From NCBI RefSeq assembly GCF_037042905.1, contig NC_087251.1:12216001-12280000 (forward strand): 64,000 nucleotides of DNA, in the 5' to 3' direction. The translations under genes and the position numbers were made by a program. The number at the start of each line of letters is the position of its first letter. Position 1 is the first letter of the stretch. This document shows positions 13,934 to 27,319 of this stretch, one piece after another. The notes under the pieces were generated by a model that worked only from the letters and a program-made list of their open reading frames with translations, made no database searches and was not told the DNA's origin. The stretch is from Lytechinus pictus. Taxonomy: Eukaryota.

Positions 13934-15863
13934 TTCAAACAAGGACAGAAAATGAGCTATGCCTATATTATACGAATCGCTTCATATTTATCCTCCTAAA
14001 CATTCAGAATCCATGTCATATTCATCATAATCTCTAGATTTATAGAGAAAAAACAGCAAAAATATTGCTCTACAATTCTAAAAAGAAGGGTATATACATG
14101 TATATATTATTTTAATTATACGAACCAAAAGTCCAGTTTTCTGTCTAATAATTTACTGTGAAAATCACAAGAATTTGATTTTAAAAAAAATAGGTAGGCC
14201 TGTACAATTTTATTTTTAATTAAAAAAGAAACAAAAATAGAATGGACAAGAAAGGAAGAATATAAAAGAGAAAAGAAAAATATATAAAAAAAAAAAGAAG
14301 AAAAGAAAGGAGAAAAACAACGTAAAGGAAAACAAGTACAGGAATGTTTTATTGTTACGGGTCCTTCGGTCGTCGGCTTTACCTTATTTGGTTTAGTACG
14401 ACCCCACCTTCTACACCTCGCGCAAATCGTGACTCTAAATACGAAGTGTTGGGGCAAAAAGGACATCCTTTATAAAACATTTTAATTTTGTTTTATCATC
14501 CCCGCGAATTCGACCCTAAACACGTAATTTTTCTAGCGAAATAGATACCCTTTTTTCATTATTTTTGTGTTTTTGACACCCTTATCACGTTACGTACATA
14601 ACGTGCCCTATCGTGAAAAAGACATCCTTTTTACGTGTTTTTTTTTTGGTCGCGCATGGTATCCACTCGTCAATGTAAGTGCCCCCCCCCCCGCGGGGTT
14701 CAAACAAGGACAGAAAATGAGCTATGCCTATATTATACGAATCGCTTCATATTTATCCTCCTAAACATTCAGAATCCATGTCATATTCATCATAATCTCT
14801 AGATTTATAGAGAAAAAACAGCAAAAATATTGCTCTACAATTCTAAAAAGAAGGGTATATACATGTATATATTATTTTAATTATACGAACCAAAAGTCCA
14901 GTTTTCTGTCTAATAATTTACTGTGAAAATCACAAGAATTTGATTTTAAAAAAAATAGGTAGGCCTGTACAATTTTATTTTTAATTAAAAAAGAAACAAA
15001 AATAGAATGGACAAGAAAGGAAGAATATAAAAGAGAAAAGAAAAATATATAAAAAAAAAAAGAAGAAAAGAAAGGAGAAAAACAACGTAAAGGAAAACAA
15101 GTACAGGAATGTTTTATTGTTACGGGTCCTTCGGTCGTCGGCTTTACCTTATTTGGTTTAGTACGACCCCACCTTCTACACCTCGCGCAAATCGTGACTC
15201 TAAATACGAAGTGTTGGGGCAAAAAGGACATCCTTTATAAAACATTTTAATTTTGTTTTATCATCCCCGCGAATTCGACCCTAAACACGTAATTTTCCTA
15301 GCGAAATAGATACCCTTTTTTCATTATTTTTGTGTTTTTGACACCCTTATCACGTTACGTACATAACGTGCCCTATCGTGAAAAAGACATCCTTTTTACG
15401 TGTTTTTTTTTTGGTCGCGCATGGTATCCACTCGTCAATGTAAGTGCCCCCCCCCCCCCGCGGAGTTCAAACAAGGACAGAAAATGAGCTATGCCTATAT
15501 TATACGAATCGCTTCATATTTATCCTCCTAAACATTCAGAATCCATGTCATATTCATCATAATCTCTAGATTTATAGAGAAAAAACAGCAAAAATATTGC
15601 TCTACAATTCTAAAAAGAAGGGTATATACATGTATATATTATTTTAATTATACGAACCAAAAGTCCAGTTTTCTGTCTTATAATTTACTGTGAAAATCAC
15701 AAGAATTTGATTTAAAAAAAATAGGTAGGCCTGTACAATTTTTCTTTTAATTAAAAAAGAAACAAAAATAGAATGGACAAGAAAGGAAGAATATAAAAGA
15801 GAAAAGAAAAATATATTTAAAAAAAAAAGAAGAAAAGAAAGGAGAAAAACAACGTAAAGGAAA
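13566..15863 (+). repeat. Three near-identical tandem copies of a ~765-bp unit
   Basis: AAACAAGTACAGGAATG starts at 13566, 14330 and 15095. ORFs 14116-14466 and 14881-15231 are identical. Confidence 0.95.
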
Positions 15864-16185
15864 AGGAAAAGTGTTTAAACAAGGACAAAAAAAATGAGCT
15901 ATATGCCTGTATTGTCTTGAAAATGATTTTTTTAAGATGACTGAGACACGTACTGCACTGGGCCATGTTAAACCAAGAAAAGAATATAAACCAACAAAAT
16001 TCTACTTTTAGTTAACGACAGATCGACCGACTGAAATGTGGATGAAAATATTTTCTCCCTTCTTTTCCCCCTTTTCGCGAAAGGTGCATGGATCCTCCCC
16101 TGTATAACATACCCCCACGACTCTCCCTCCTTCCACCCCCCCCCCCCTTTGGCGAAAGCTGGATACTCCCCTGTACCCCCTCCCC

Positions 16186-16475
16186 CGTATCCACAAACAT
16201 TATCCCAGCTGCCCGTATCCTCGTATCCACGTATCCGCGTATCCATGTATCCAGTTATCAGTACGGGAGTAGTATCCACGTATCCGCGTATCCACGTATC
16301 CTCGTATCCATGTATCCAGTTATCAGTACGGTAGTAGTATCCACGTATCCGCGTATCCACGTATATTCGTATCCATGTATCCATTTATCAGTACGGTAGT
16401 AGTATCCACGTATCCCAGTATCCACGTATCCTCGTATCCATGTGTATCCACGTATCTTAGTATCCATGTATCCGC
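16186..16475 (-). repeat. GTATCCAC minisatellite (reverse complement of the 6530-7385 array) with ~60-bp higher-order unit
   Basis: Directly visible. GTATCCA(G/T)TTATCAGTACGG recurs at ~16247, 16312 and 16377. Confidence 0.9.
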
Positions 16476-18362
16476 TTTTATCTCAAAAACGTAATTTCTA
16501 AAAAAGTTAACAAGTACCGGTACGTCGTATCCGTTGTTTTCTCGTTTTAAAATCTAGAGATTTTTGTAATCGATTCATGACATTGGATTCTAAAGGTAAG
16601 CCCTTTCTTCTTCTTCTTTTGCTTGACAAAGTTTTGGCGAAATACCTTTAGATTGTAAATTTTTAGATGAAAACCTTTTTTTTTTCTTTTTTTTTTTTGC
16701 TTTTCAAAATTTTCTCATGAATTGTGCCTCCTCCCTTTAGAAAAACCTGGATCCACCCCTGCACAACGTAAAGCTGCCCCCCCCCCTCCAACACATAACT
16801 GCACAGCCCAACAACCAATGTAACGAACATTTTTATAATAATTATATAAAAAGATTTGGTGCAGCATAAAATATATAAAATATAAAGGTATATGCTGGGG
16901 ATAAAAAGGACATAAAAATAATTGCATTATTCTGTGGCCGCGGCGGCGAAAGCATAAAAATATTAGATTCTGGATTGGCGGTGTTCCGGCGGTGTTGAAG
17001 CATGATCTTCCGCCGCCAGTGCCAGAATGTATATTTTTACGTACTTCGGGGGGGGGGGGGGGTAAGAAATATTTCCATCCACATTTCTTCCACATCGGCT
17101 GATAAATGCTTAATTATTATCATTTAGGGGGGGGGTGTCCCATGCAACTAAAGTCTGAATTTTTAAGTACATCGTAGCTTTATTCTTAATCATGGACCTA
17201 CTATGGCCTAAATTAATGATGCGAGCGCGAAGCGCGCAAGGTAATGTTTATTTTTATATTTCGCCTTGAAAAGAAATATAGGAGCGCGAACTTTTTTATG
17301 AACATGAACATCTTAAACGGGTCATTCTACTCACTTTTGGTAATCACGCAGGGTATGTTCATCTTAAACAATTCGATTTGATTTATTGTTCTCGTAAATG
17401 CGTATTAGCATTTTCATAACAAAAGAAACATAATATCGTTTAAAATTTTGGCATGAATAATAGAGTGTACTTATTAAAAATATGATTCAACCCACACACA
17501 CCAAATGATCCACACCCAACATATTATGATATTAACAATTAGCAGGATCGAGGATTGTCATTATAAGCACATTGCTTGGAAAAAAATAACTGAAAACCCG
17601 AGATTCAAACTTATTAAATTGCATTGATTATACAACAGAATGGTGCGAGCGCGGAGCACGAAGAACGAGTTGAAAATTATTAATATTTTGACATGAAGAG
17701 CTGAATCGGGTCATTCTAATCAAATACGGTCTTATGGTAAGTATAAAGTTTATACGCCAAGCGAGCTGATATTTGTTGAAATTAAGATCTTAATACGAAA
17801 CATTGTATAAACTGTTTTGGAATATTGCTGCATATTTTCCTGAATAATGATAAGAGCGCATGTAAAACGCAAGCTCATTTTTTTTTAAAGTATATTCGCG
17901 ATTGATTTTTTTTTGTATAATGATTTCTACTTTTCTGTTTTCAAATCGTTCCTCTTTTCTTATTTCATTCACTTTTCTTCTTCTTATATCCTTTCTTATC
18001 GTTCCTCTCTATTTCCCCTTTCTCTAGGCATAGATAGCAAAGCCCCAAGAAACTCCAGAATCCTGAGACGTCCAGATGGTATTTTGTACAAAAAAATGAA
18101 GTCACCAATCTAAAAATGTCACCTTAATCCGATTTTAAAATATGTGGAAAGACACATGCAGGGTTCGGCGACAGGGCATATAAAGTTTAGGAATAAAATA
18201 GAGAAATGCGAGTAAACGCAAAGAGTTGAATTTGAAAAGTTTTTAGATTTTATATTAAAATCCTACATTTTTATTTCAATAAGCATGTTCGTGATATTAC
18301 TTATAACCCCTTATAACATTGCATTATGAAGGGTTATATATAGATATTCCCGTGATGCACAT

Positions 18363-18650
18363 CAGTGTTTCCACTCCTCCCGAAATTCCGAAAATTTCGG
18401 GAAATTTTACCTTTTCCAGGAAAGGTTCCGAATGAAACAAATCCATGCAGGAAATTTCGGGAAATCCAAAGATTACAAGTAAACAATAATTAAACATAGC
18501 AACTGTCAACATTCATGTTATATTTTTAAAATTGTTTGCTGAAAGTTTCGGCTGGCTACATTTTTGTACAATTTTTGTTAAAATCAAACTAAAAATTCTA
18601 GGAAATGTCTATAAATTCGCGAAGTTTGTTTTGGATCTGTGGAAACACCG
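18363..18650. mobile_element. 288-bp hAT-type MITE
   Basis: 8-bp TSD ATGCACAT (18355-18362 and 18651-18658), TIR CAGTGTTTCCAC / GTGGAAACACCG, and repeated CCGAAA/TTTCGG subterminal motifs. Confidence 0.85.
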
Positions 18651-20922
18651 ATGCACATGGCCTTTGTAAGCGGGGGTGCTAAATCACCTCCAAGATTTAT
18701 ATGGGGGTGATGTACAGGTTTGATCCAAACACCTTCATTTTGGTGCGGAAAACAAACTTTTTATTTTTTATTGTATGATTATTTTGCTTTAAATTTTAAG
18801 TATTTTCCTTTGTCAAAACTGCTATTTTGGTATTATTGGTTTTAGTAAACATGTAATATTCATCTTTTTCTTATTTTTATTTTCACATTTTTCCTTTCTT
18901 TTCTTTTTTCTTTCTTTCTTTCTTTCTTTCCCTCTTCCTTTTAAGGGGGTAACTACCCCACTTATCTAAAATTTAGGAGTGCGTGCCCCTTCCCCTCGCT
19001 TCCATTTATCGCTACCTTTCCCATTCCCTTCGTTAGTCTGGTAACCTTATTTCGACGTCAAAGAGTCCACTCTATTGTTCTACAACACAACGAACATGAC
19101 TAAAGAAAGAAAATTGGGAGAGAGAAGTAAAATGAAAGGATCTGAAAACGAAAATAAAACGACGTGTGACCAGGTTGAATTCTCTTATTCACAAAGTGCA
19201 ACCCTGGACATGGAGGAATGGGGGGTCTGAACATGTGATTTTTGAAATCTTGAAATGAAAATCATTACATCATTATGGAATATAAACAGGGGAAAAGACA
19301 AACAAGAACATAGCAGACATTTTCGTTTCTAATATTAAAATGTCCTTTATTTTTTCTCCTATTTCTTGTCTTGTCCAAGGTTGGAGGTTGGTTGCTAGCG
19401 ACCCCCTCCCTTCACGCTAGCGCATTTACACACTGACGAGGCGGATCGGAGAGATGAAATCATATATCTCCAGAATGGACGATGAAAAAAAATAAAATTA
19501 TTGAAAGGGGGAGCGGGAACGCTATAGATTATGCCTATACCTGCGGCCCCCTCAAAAAAAATGGAGACGAGGGAAGTGGAAGGGGCGAGTAGCGTATAAG
19601 TTCTAAGTAATGATAATAATAGTAATAAAACAATATAATATTTATATAGCACACGTGTCCATCTTGTTAGGTGCTCAAGGTGCCCATGTATTATTATCAC
19701 TGCTTGATTCGTGTGATCAAAACGAACATACCTATATAATCCTTTATTTGAGCCCCTCCCCCGCGCAAACGAAAAACACTACGAACTTCCACAACCATGC
19801 AAGGGAGAGGGGGGGGGGGGAGAAGTGGTGTTCATTTTCAAAAGTGATTATATTATTTTATTTTTTGCTCACGAGCTACACTCCATCGTAAATGTTCAAA
19901 ATGTTTGTCGGTATAGCCCTTGATTCTACAAATGTATATCGGTAACGTGTACCGACGTCAGCTATACGGCCATGAGTCTTGGAAGTGTTCAACACTCTCC
20001 TCAGTCACATTTTCTTCCACCATACCCAGGGCAGTACAGGCTTTCATCAGTTAAAGGTAGGGGTGGGAATTATCATTCACACTTTCCCGATAGGCCGCCA
20101 AAATCATTTTTTTTTTTTTTTTTTTTGGGGGGGCATTATTCACGTTATTATTTATTTATTTATTTATTCATTTATATATTAGAGGGCTTGACCTAATTAA
20201 AGATCGAAGTTCTAATACAGTCTTATCTTACCTTATCTCATGAGGTCTAAATATATCACATGCAAGCTAAATTTATTGTATATTTTTATTTAGAACTGAG
20301 AATTGAATATTCTGGGCAGTTATTGTAATCATGAAGAAGATGCGTATCTAACGAAAAGATTCGTGCGAGCGCGAAACACAGAAGTAATTTTTAATATACT
20401 CACCTACAAAAGTATTCGTTTTGCAGTGACTCATGAATGTACATGTAATACAAATCTCACCAATCAATAAAATGCGAGAGCGAGTTGTACATTTTCAATA
20501 TCTGGGACAGAAAAATGTATATTCGAATCACATTTTCAACCATAAATTGGATGGATATATAAGCATAACTTTATGATGCGAGCGTGCATGAAGCGCGAAC
20601 AGAAATTCAAATTTTCCGCCCGAAACTCGGACAATCTAAGCACTTTTTCTGTCATGTACAATATGAGTATTATTGAGAACTGAACATGTTAACCACGTTT
20701 TGAAATCATAACCAGGATGAGTATGTAATCAAACAATTAATGCGAGCGCGAAGCGCGAGCTGATTATTTTTTTTTAATTCAGATCTAAAAACTGGAAAGT
20801 TCAAGTCCGTTTTTTATTTAAAAAAGAAACGTCATATTAGAGAATTAGACGCGAGGTGATTTTCCCCCTGGATTTAGACCTAAAACAAGACATAAAAAGC
20901 AATGGAACCATGAACAGAATGG

Positions 20923-20958
<36 letters not shown>

Positions 20959-21026
20959 CTCAACAATCGATTAGAGCGCGGAGCGCAAGCTGATATTTCT
21001 TCCGACATGAAAAGTGGACTTTATTA

Positions 21027-22659
21027 CATGGCGTATCTAGCCGGGGCGGCAATGGAGGCACGTGCCCCGGGTGCTACTTTCAGTGGTGCAAAAACGGGAG
21101 ATAGATGCAAAGAAAGAAAGGAAAAAAATGAATAGAAAAAGCAAAGGAATTAAGACGCTGAAAAAAGGAATACCGCTGACGGTAATACCCCCGTTCTCTG
21201 TACCATTAATGCACTTTTCAACATAAAAAAATAATCTTGCATGTCTTTACCCAGGGATGAATATTCGTGCAACTTTTAATTAGTGATATACTTATATTCT
21301 CTCCATGAATTCCAACAAACACTCCTTATAAAAAAAAAATAGTTTTTCAAACTCAAATGTCATAACTTTTCATCTATAGCTACGAGTTTGCATTATTTTT
21401 ATACCTTTCTTTTCATTAATTCTTGCAAACAGTTCGGAAATATAATTTTCTGGTTTGTCAAAGCTTCTCACCACGCTCTGATTTTGATGAGGGAGATAAA
21501 AACTCTCCATTAGACATTTTTAGGTGAGGATATACAAAACATCATCTCGCGCTCACATTAGGGCCTACCCCGATGAGATACGTATCCTTTTCATGAATTC
21601 CTACAAAAAGCCCCTAAAATTATCCATGCTTTGATTTCCTCCCGTTTAGATTTTTCAAACTCATTGTTCTTTAACCTCCCACAAAAAGATTGGACAAAAC
21701 TTCAACGTCTACAAAACTCTGCTGCCCGTCTCCTAACATACACTAAAAAGTATGACTCCATCTCGCCAATCCTCCAGTCCTTACATTGGCTGCCTGTTGA
21801 TAAAAGAATCTCCTTCAAAATTATTTTACTATTATTCAATTTATTCTCTCTTCCCCCACATATCTCCGCAGCTCTATCTCAAAATATCAGCCTTCACGCA
21901 GTCTCCGCTCATCATTCTGATGCATTATTGCTCCAGACACCCAGAACCAAACACAAATGGGGGGATGCATTCTCTGTTATAGGACCAAAGCTATGGAATC
22001 GATTGCCTATCCAATTACGCCAAATTTTCATCAACAGAAACATTCAAGTCCCAGTGAAAACTAAATTTTGATCTCCCATTAACATTCAGGAGAATTCAAA
22101 TTCTATTCTTTTTCGTTTTCTATTGTTGTTGGGTGTTGTGTTTATTTTTCTACAAGCGCCATGAGCACCGAAAGGTGGACGCGTGCGCTATATAAGAAGC
22201 CACCAATATTATTATAATTATTATCATTATCATCATTATTATTAAGATTTCCCCTCAATATTAATTTTTCAGCTCGCCCCTCGTGCTTGCATGAAATGCT
22301 TAATTAGACAAGCATCGATATGTCCCGATTGTAGGTCTCAATATCAATAATTTGCGGCTCGCGCTTCGCGAATGCGTTCATTGTCTGGATATGCATCATG
22401 TTAATTATTACAAAAAGTGCTTAGAATATTCCTTTTTAAGATCTTAATACTGAAAATAATAGGCACGTGCTTAGCGCTCGCATACGTTGTTTTCGTTAGA
22501 TACGCATCATTTTCATGATAAAAAACCTGACCCCGGACTAGAATATTATGTTTTATTTTGACTGGTCGAGTGCAGAGTATATACACAATAGACCTATATT
22601 TTGAAAGGGGTGCGATTTTAGCACTTGCCCGGGCCTCGTTTGTTCTAGATACGCCACTG
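21027..22659. mobile_element. hAT-like element carrying reverse-oriented GCGAGC repeats and a LINE fragment
   Basis: TIR CA(G)TGGCGTATCTAG / CTAGATACGCCACTG. The internal GCTCGCGCTTCGC motifs are inverted relative to the flanks. No TSD visible. Confidence 0.6.
21620..22243 (+). pseudogene. 5'-truncated L2-clade LINE 3' end
   Basis: ORF 21631-22071: SSRLDFSNSL...KLQRLQNSAARLL...ISPILQSLHWLPVDKRISFKI...AFSVIGPKLWNRLP. 3' tail AAGCGCCATGAG...GCGCTATATAAG followed by (ATT/ATC)n. Confidence 0.9.
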
Positions 22660-23499
22660 TGGACACGGTGGACATTAAATTAAACAATGCGAGCGAATAG
22701 CGCGAGCTGAATATTATTATGGCCCGACAACTGGACATTCTAAGCAGGTTTTTTTAATGTAAATATCAAATTATATGTACCTCAGTAAACAATAATTGCA
22801 AGCGCGAAGCACAATAAGCTATTTTTTACATGTAGACATAAAAACTAGACATTCCTTTTGCACTTCTTGTAATCATGAATACGAAGGGTATATCATGCTC
22901 AACAATATATATTTTTTTATATATAATTGATCATGACTGGACGTTGTAAAACAATAAAGAACAAGCTGTTTGGAGCGCGAACTAAATTTACTGACATAAA
23001 AGTGAATATTTTAAAAGCGCTGCCCAACACGTAAGAAACTTGTGAAGATGATAATGGAACAGTCTGAATGATGCGAGCGCGAAGCGCGAGCTAACAATTT
23101 TGGCGACTGGGACATATGGCCGGGCAATTTTAATCACTGTACGTAAAAAAGAATGGGCTTGATTGTAAGGCGATTTAGACCTAAAACCTATATACATTCA
23201 AATCTCTCTCGGAACATGAAGCAATTAATTAGAACCGCCCTGTGTGACAGTATATTCTAATCACTGTCGGTATATAGCATATATATACACGGAGTAATGG
23301 AACATTCCTTCGTGACCCAACAGTTATATCATTTTTCCGGTAGGCGTCAGTCCGACAGCCTCTTTTCTTTTCATTTTTTTTCTTTCCTTCTTCCACTTTT
23401 CTTCTTTCTCTTCTTCCACATCCTCACTTCTATTTTCCCCCTCTCCCCCTTACCCCGACATGGGAAGGGGGGGGGGTCATACCCTGTTAGAGACGGCCT

Positions 23500-24040
23500 T
23501 TCAATATCGACGGAAATACAATTATGCTCATTCACAATAATTTGTTTTAAAATACACGAATTTAAGTGTATTGTTATGTGATAGTTGTGGTGATGATGTA
23601 TGACTAATTGTTCCATGGAATTTGAATGTTTCAGTGATTGGATCGAGCAGAAAAGGGAACTTTCGTGATTGATAACGTTTGACTAATTACACTATTTCAT
23701 TTTTCATTATTTTCCCCAAATGAATGATATCATGAGGATATATTATTTTACATTTGTTTTATATTGATTTGTTATACTCGTATTTATTAGAAATTTTCAT
23801 ATTGTAATGCTAATTTAATTAATTTATTTTTAGGGACCCCGGGGAAGAACAGGTTGGCTATTAATAGCCAATATGAAACGGGTCTATCCCTACGATTCTG
23901 TATTACATGCATTGTAAGCTTCATTACTGTTATATTGTTAATTTGTTATATTGTTTTTCTTTAATTATTTGATTATGTAATGTTATTTTGTTTATATTTA
24001 TGCATTTTTTTAATCGTGAATAAAACCAACCAACCAACCA
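23500..24040 (+). mobile_element. Probable LINE 3' UTR remnant
   Basis: AT-rich tract with a GGACCCCGGGGAAGAACAG...hairpin motif, ending AATAAA followed by a (CCAA)n tail. Confidence 0.35.
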
Positions 24041-26726
24041 ATATAAACAATACCAGATCGAAGGTAAAGGATGCTTCATATACGCTGAGGTTTCATATAC
24101 GCTGAGGTTTTATATAAATTGTATGAAGAAAATCAATAACCAATTTACAGGTTTTCAGGTAAACGAGCTAGAAAAGAACACAAAACACTATTTTCACGTA
24201 AGGTTCATATAGTAATCAGGGATGTGTAAAAAAAAATCAGACTTCTTTTTTTACTGTAAAGAATTTACGGAAGGAGGATCGAGAGAGGGGAAGCAGAAGA
24301 AAAGAAAAGAGCGGCCGAAAGAAATGGAAAATGTGAAAGAAAAGTGATATGATTTGAAAGATGTCATGAGCGGATTATATGGCGGAGAAACTGAAAGAAT
24401 TATTGACCCCAATCATGGATAAAATTAAATACGATTCCTACCCCTTACAAAAAAACCATTCAAAAAAAAAAAAAAAAAACCAACAAAGTTTATTGATAAT
24501 AATTTGTAGGTCTAATAGTCATTATAGTCCGGGGTCTAGGAGTTGAGATGTTTTGGGTTTGCAACTACCCTATCTACCACGTTCCAAAATAAAGTCCAAA
24601 ACGGATAGGCCCCGATCGATCGGAGGGGGGGGGGGGTACGTTGATCATGTTGATCATATAGTTTCTCCCCGGGAGTTTCTCATAAGCATCTTACGTGAAG
24701 ATAGGCCTACCGAAGATTTTGTTGGGATGGGAATATCTTTGTTTAGTTGGGGGAGCTCGTGGAGAACGTAAAAACACACACACACACACACACACAAAAA
24801 CCACGATGGTGGATGTTTCCATGCCAGGGCCCAGGGGGGGGGGGGGGAGAAGGAGAGGTCACTGCCTTTATTCCGAGTTCCTACCCAGCTATGCCCCGTG
24901 CATGTAAACATGCACATGACACACGAATGCCTGTGACTACGTGGACGTAACATGACCAGAGTGGAGTTCGGATACATATTACAGCTCCATGATATTGCAT
25001 TACATGGAGCTATATTGCATTCTCTTCTCGAACCAGTCGACGGACGTTTGCTATATCGTGACCAGGTAAAAGAGAATTATCAACAACCACAAGGATATCT
25101 TGTAGTGCATGCAAAGATAAACTAAAGAAAAGAACAGAGGGTTTTTTTGGGGGGGGGGGGCACAATATAGCTTCTGGAAAATCACGCTCCATCCCCGGCC
25201 CCCATGATCCACAAAAAAAAACTACTACTACTCTACACTGTAGATCCGAGATTGTATTTGTAGCCCCGGTTTGTCGCGTTCTTTTCTGTTGTTGTCGTTT
25301 TATTTGCTACTAATTTACGTCGCCAAAATATAAATTCATCAAAATCCCATGGTCTGTAAGTCTACAAAGTTCATTATGAGGCATACATGTAGCATATTCA
25401 AATGTACAGACCACAGACGGAATGGACATTCTCGAGTTCGACACAGTTTGACAGTATGATCATGGACCTATGATATTCTCCCAATGTTATGCACAAACGA
25501 CACACACAGCTACACCCTTTCACACAGTACAGGCAATAAGCAACGCACATGCATCGATCGCTTATCGCACACACCGAGCGGAGACACAGAAAAAACCCAA
25601 AACAAACTAACTTCGCCCACGTACGTCACAGACCACGCAAGAAGCGAAATTCCCCGTGGTAAGCTCCGCCTACTTTCTTGCATACATCACAAGGTGGCGC
25701 TATATAATATCGATTTAAATTGGAAACAGAATCATGAATCAACCGTCGAGAAGTGCATTTTTCTCTTCAAACATTGCCTCAGATTTTCAGTTTTTAAAAA
25801 CACTTCCCGAGCATGTTATGATCCCAAACTTTCACATGGGTATTTTTGAGCTGTTAGTCAAATGTTCATACCATTTTCAAAAAGCAATATGATAATTTTT
25901 TAAATTGCTCACAAAGTGAAACAATCCCTTTAACCACTTGACATTTTCATATTTTGGTTGTCTTCTGTTTTCATGCAAAGGTATGTTTAGAAATACTCTT
26001 AACACTAACAGTCGTATTTCTTGCATTATATCTGACAAATAAAATGAATAAATTCGATTTTTCACACGCAGCCTCTCATTTTTCCTTTTTAGTCTAATAC
26101 AATCAGACACATTGATTTTGTTTACTCCATTCAAACCCTATTTTTACCTCAACAAATAACATTTAAAGCAAAATTATCACTTTAAATAAGTATTCTATAA
26201 AAAATCAGAATATTGAACTAATACAATGTCGAAATTACTAGGTTACTTCAATTTTTATGTGCGACAAGAGTCTCTTTCGTTAAAATATCAATGAAAGGTA
26301 TCTCTAAAAGGGCACTGTGTTCTAGATAAGGGAAATAATGAAAATTTCGATATTATCAAGTTATGGTTATGACTCTTTAAAGTTTTTTCTCGTTTTACCT
26401 CATAAAGTAAGCTCGATACATCAATTCTACGATCAGTAATAAATAAAAACATATTTGATCTCCATTTATCAATAACAAACGATGTCGGGGACTTGAAAGA
26501 CAAAATTGCCTTCGTGAAACGAAAAGCGCTGATATGTCGCCAATCTTCCTATCTCGGAAGAATGGTCCTAGGATGTTCCTACGTATCGCTCATCTCGTCA
26601 TGCAACAGGCCCGTGGTTAATCAAGTATTACTGAACATCCTGCCTGAGTTTCAGGTCACATGACAAAGGTCATTTAGGGTCAATGAACTTAGAGACCATG
26701 TTAGGGGATCAACATCAAAATCTTAA

Positions 26727-27319
26727 AGGACAAGTCCACCCCAACAAAAACTTGATTTGAATAAAAAGAGAAAAATCAAACAAGCATAACACTGAAAATG
26801 TCATCAAATTCGGATGCAAAATAATAAAGTTATGATATTTTAAAGTTTCGCTTAATACAGTTATATGCACATCCTGGTCAATATGCAAATGAGGGGACTG
26901 ATGACATCACCCACTCACTATTTCTTTTGAATTTTATTATATAAAATATTTCAATTTTCTCCTTATTGGCATGTGAAGCAAAGTTTTATTCCTCCCTAAA
27001 CATGTGGAATGACCAATGTTTTGATATTTTGTGGTTCGACCAAGAGGGTCCTTATTGTCAAATCTTTAAAAATCTAAATATTGTATAATTCAAACAATAA
27101 AAAAAAAAAAGTCGTGAGTGAGTGACATCATCAACTATCTCATTTGCATATTACTGAGTTGTGCATATACCGGTAACTGTTTTGTGAAAAATAAGCGAAT
27201 CTTTAAAATGTCATAACTTTCTTATTATATATCCGATTTTGATGAATTTTTTTCAGCATTATTGTTTTGATATTTCTCTTTTGATTCATATCAACTTTTT
27301 CCTGGGGTGGACTTGCCCT
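26727..27319. mobile_element. TTAA/Kolobok-like MITE inserted in HINE family A
   Basis: TTAA|AGGACAAGTCCACCCC...GGGGTGGACTTGCCCT|TTAA. It splits the host motif AAATCTTAACC. Confidence 0.85.

Larger units (their letters stand above)
6115..16602. mobile_element. 10.5-kb Merlin-like element with 8-bp TSD and inverted minisatellite arms
   Basis: TSD CTTTCTTC at 6107-6114 and 16603-16610. ~41-bp TIR GG(AG/CT)TACCTTTAGAATCCAATGTCATGAATCGATTACAAAA. GG termini plus an 8-bp TSD fit Merlin/IS1016. Confidence 0.8.
8840..23200 (+). repeat. Diverged interspersed/tandem repeat with core ATGCGAGCGCGAAGCGCGAGCTGA (period ~100-115 bp where arrayed)
   Basis: The core recurs at ~8845, 11095, 11205, 11430, 11530, 11826, 12047, 13085, 13197, 13365, 17221, 17645, 20365, 20578, 20741, 20972, 22688, 22797 and 23072, often followed by GACCTAAAAACTGGACATTCTAAGCAC-like sequence. 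Confidence 0.75.
5184..25929. mobile_element. Large (20.7 kb) TTAA-flanked Kolobok-like element, no transposase seen
   Basis: TTAA|AGGGATCGTTTAACATTGTGAG ... CTCACAAAGTGAAACAATCCCT|TTAA: imperfect ~22-bp TIR, AG..CT termini and TTAA on both sides. Confidence 0.65.
4020..26612. mobile_element. PIF/Harbinger-like element (own sequence ~1.8 kb, expanded to 22.6 kb by a nested insertion)
   Basis: Perfect 15-bp TIR GGGCCTGTTGCATGA / TCATGCAACAGGCCC. Subterminal motifs AAGAATGGTCCT and TCCTACGTA occur at both ends. The host HINE resumes immediately after the right TIR. The TSD is not clean. Confidence 0.7.

Noticed and set aside
13439..15231. Repeated ORFs MSFLPQHFVFRV... (also 28994-29203)
   Set aside because: They derive from a MITE and its tandem copies, with no protein-family signal.
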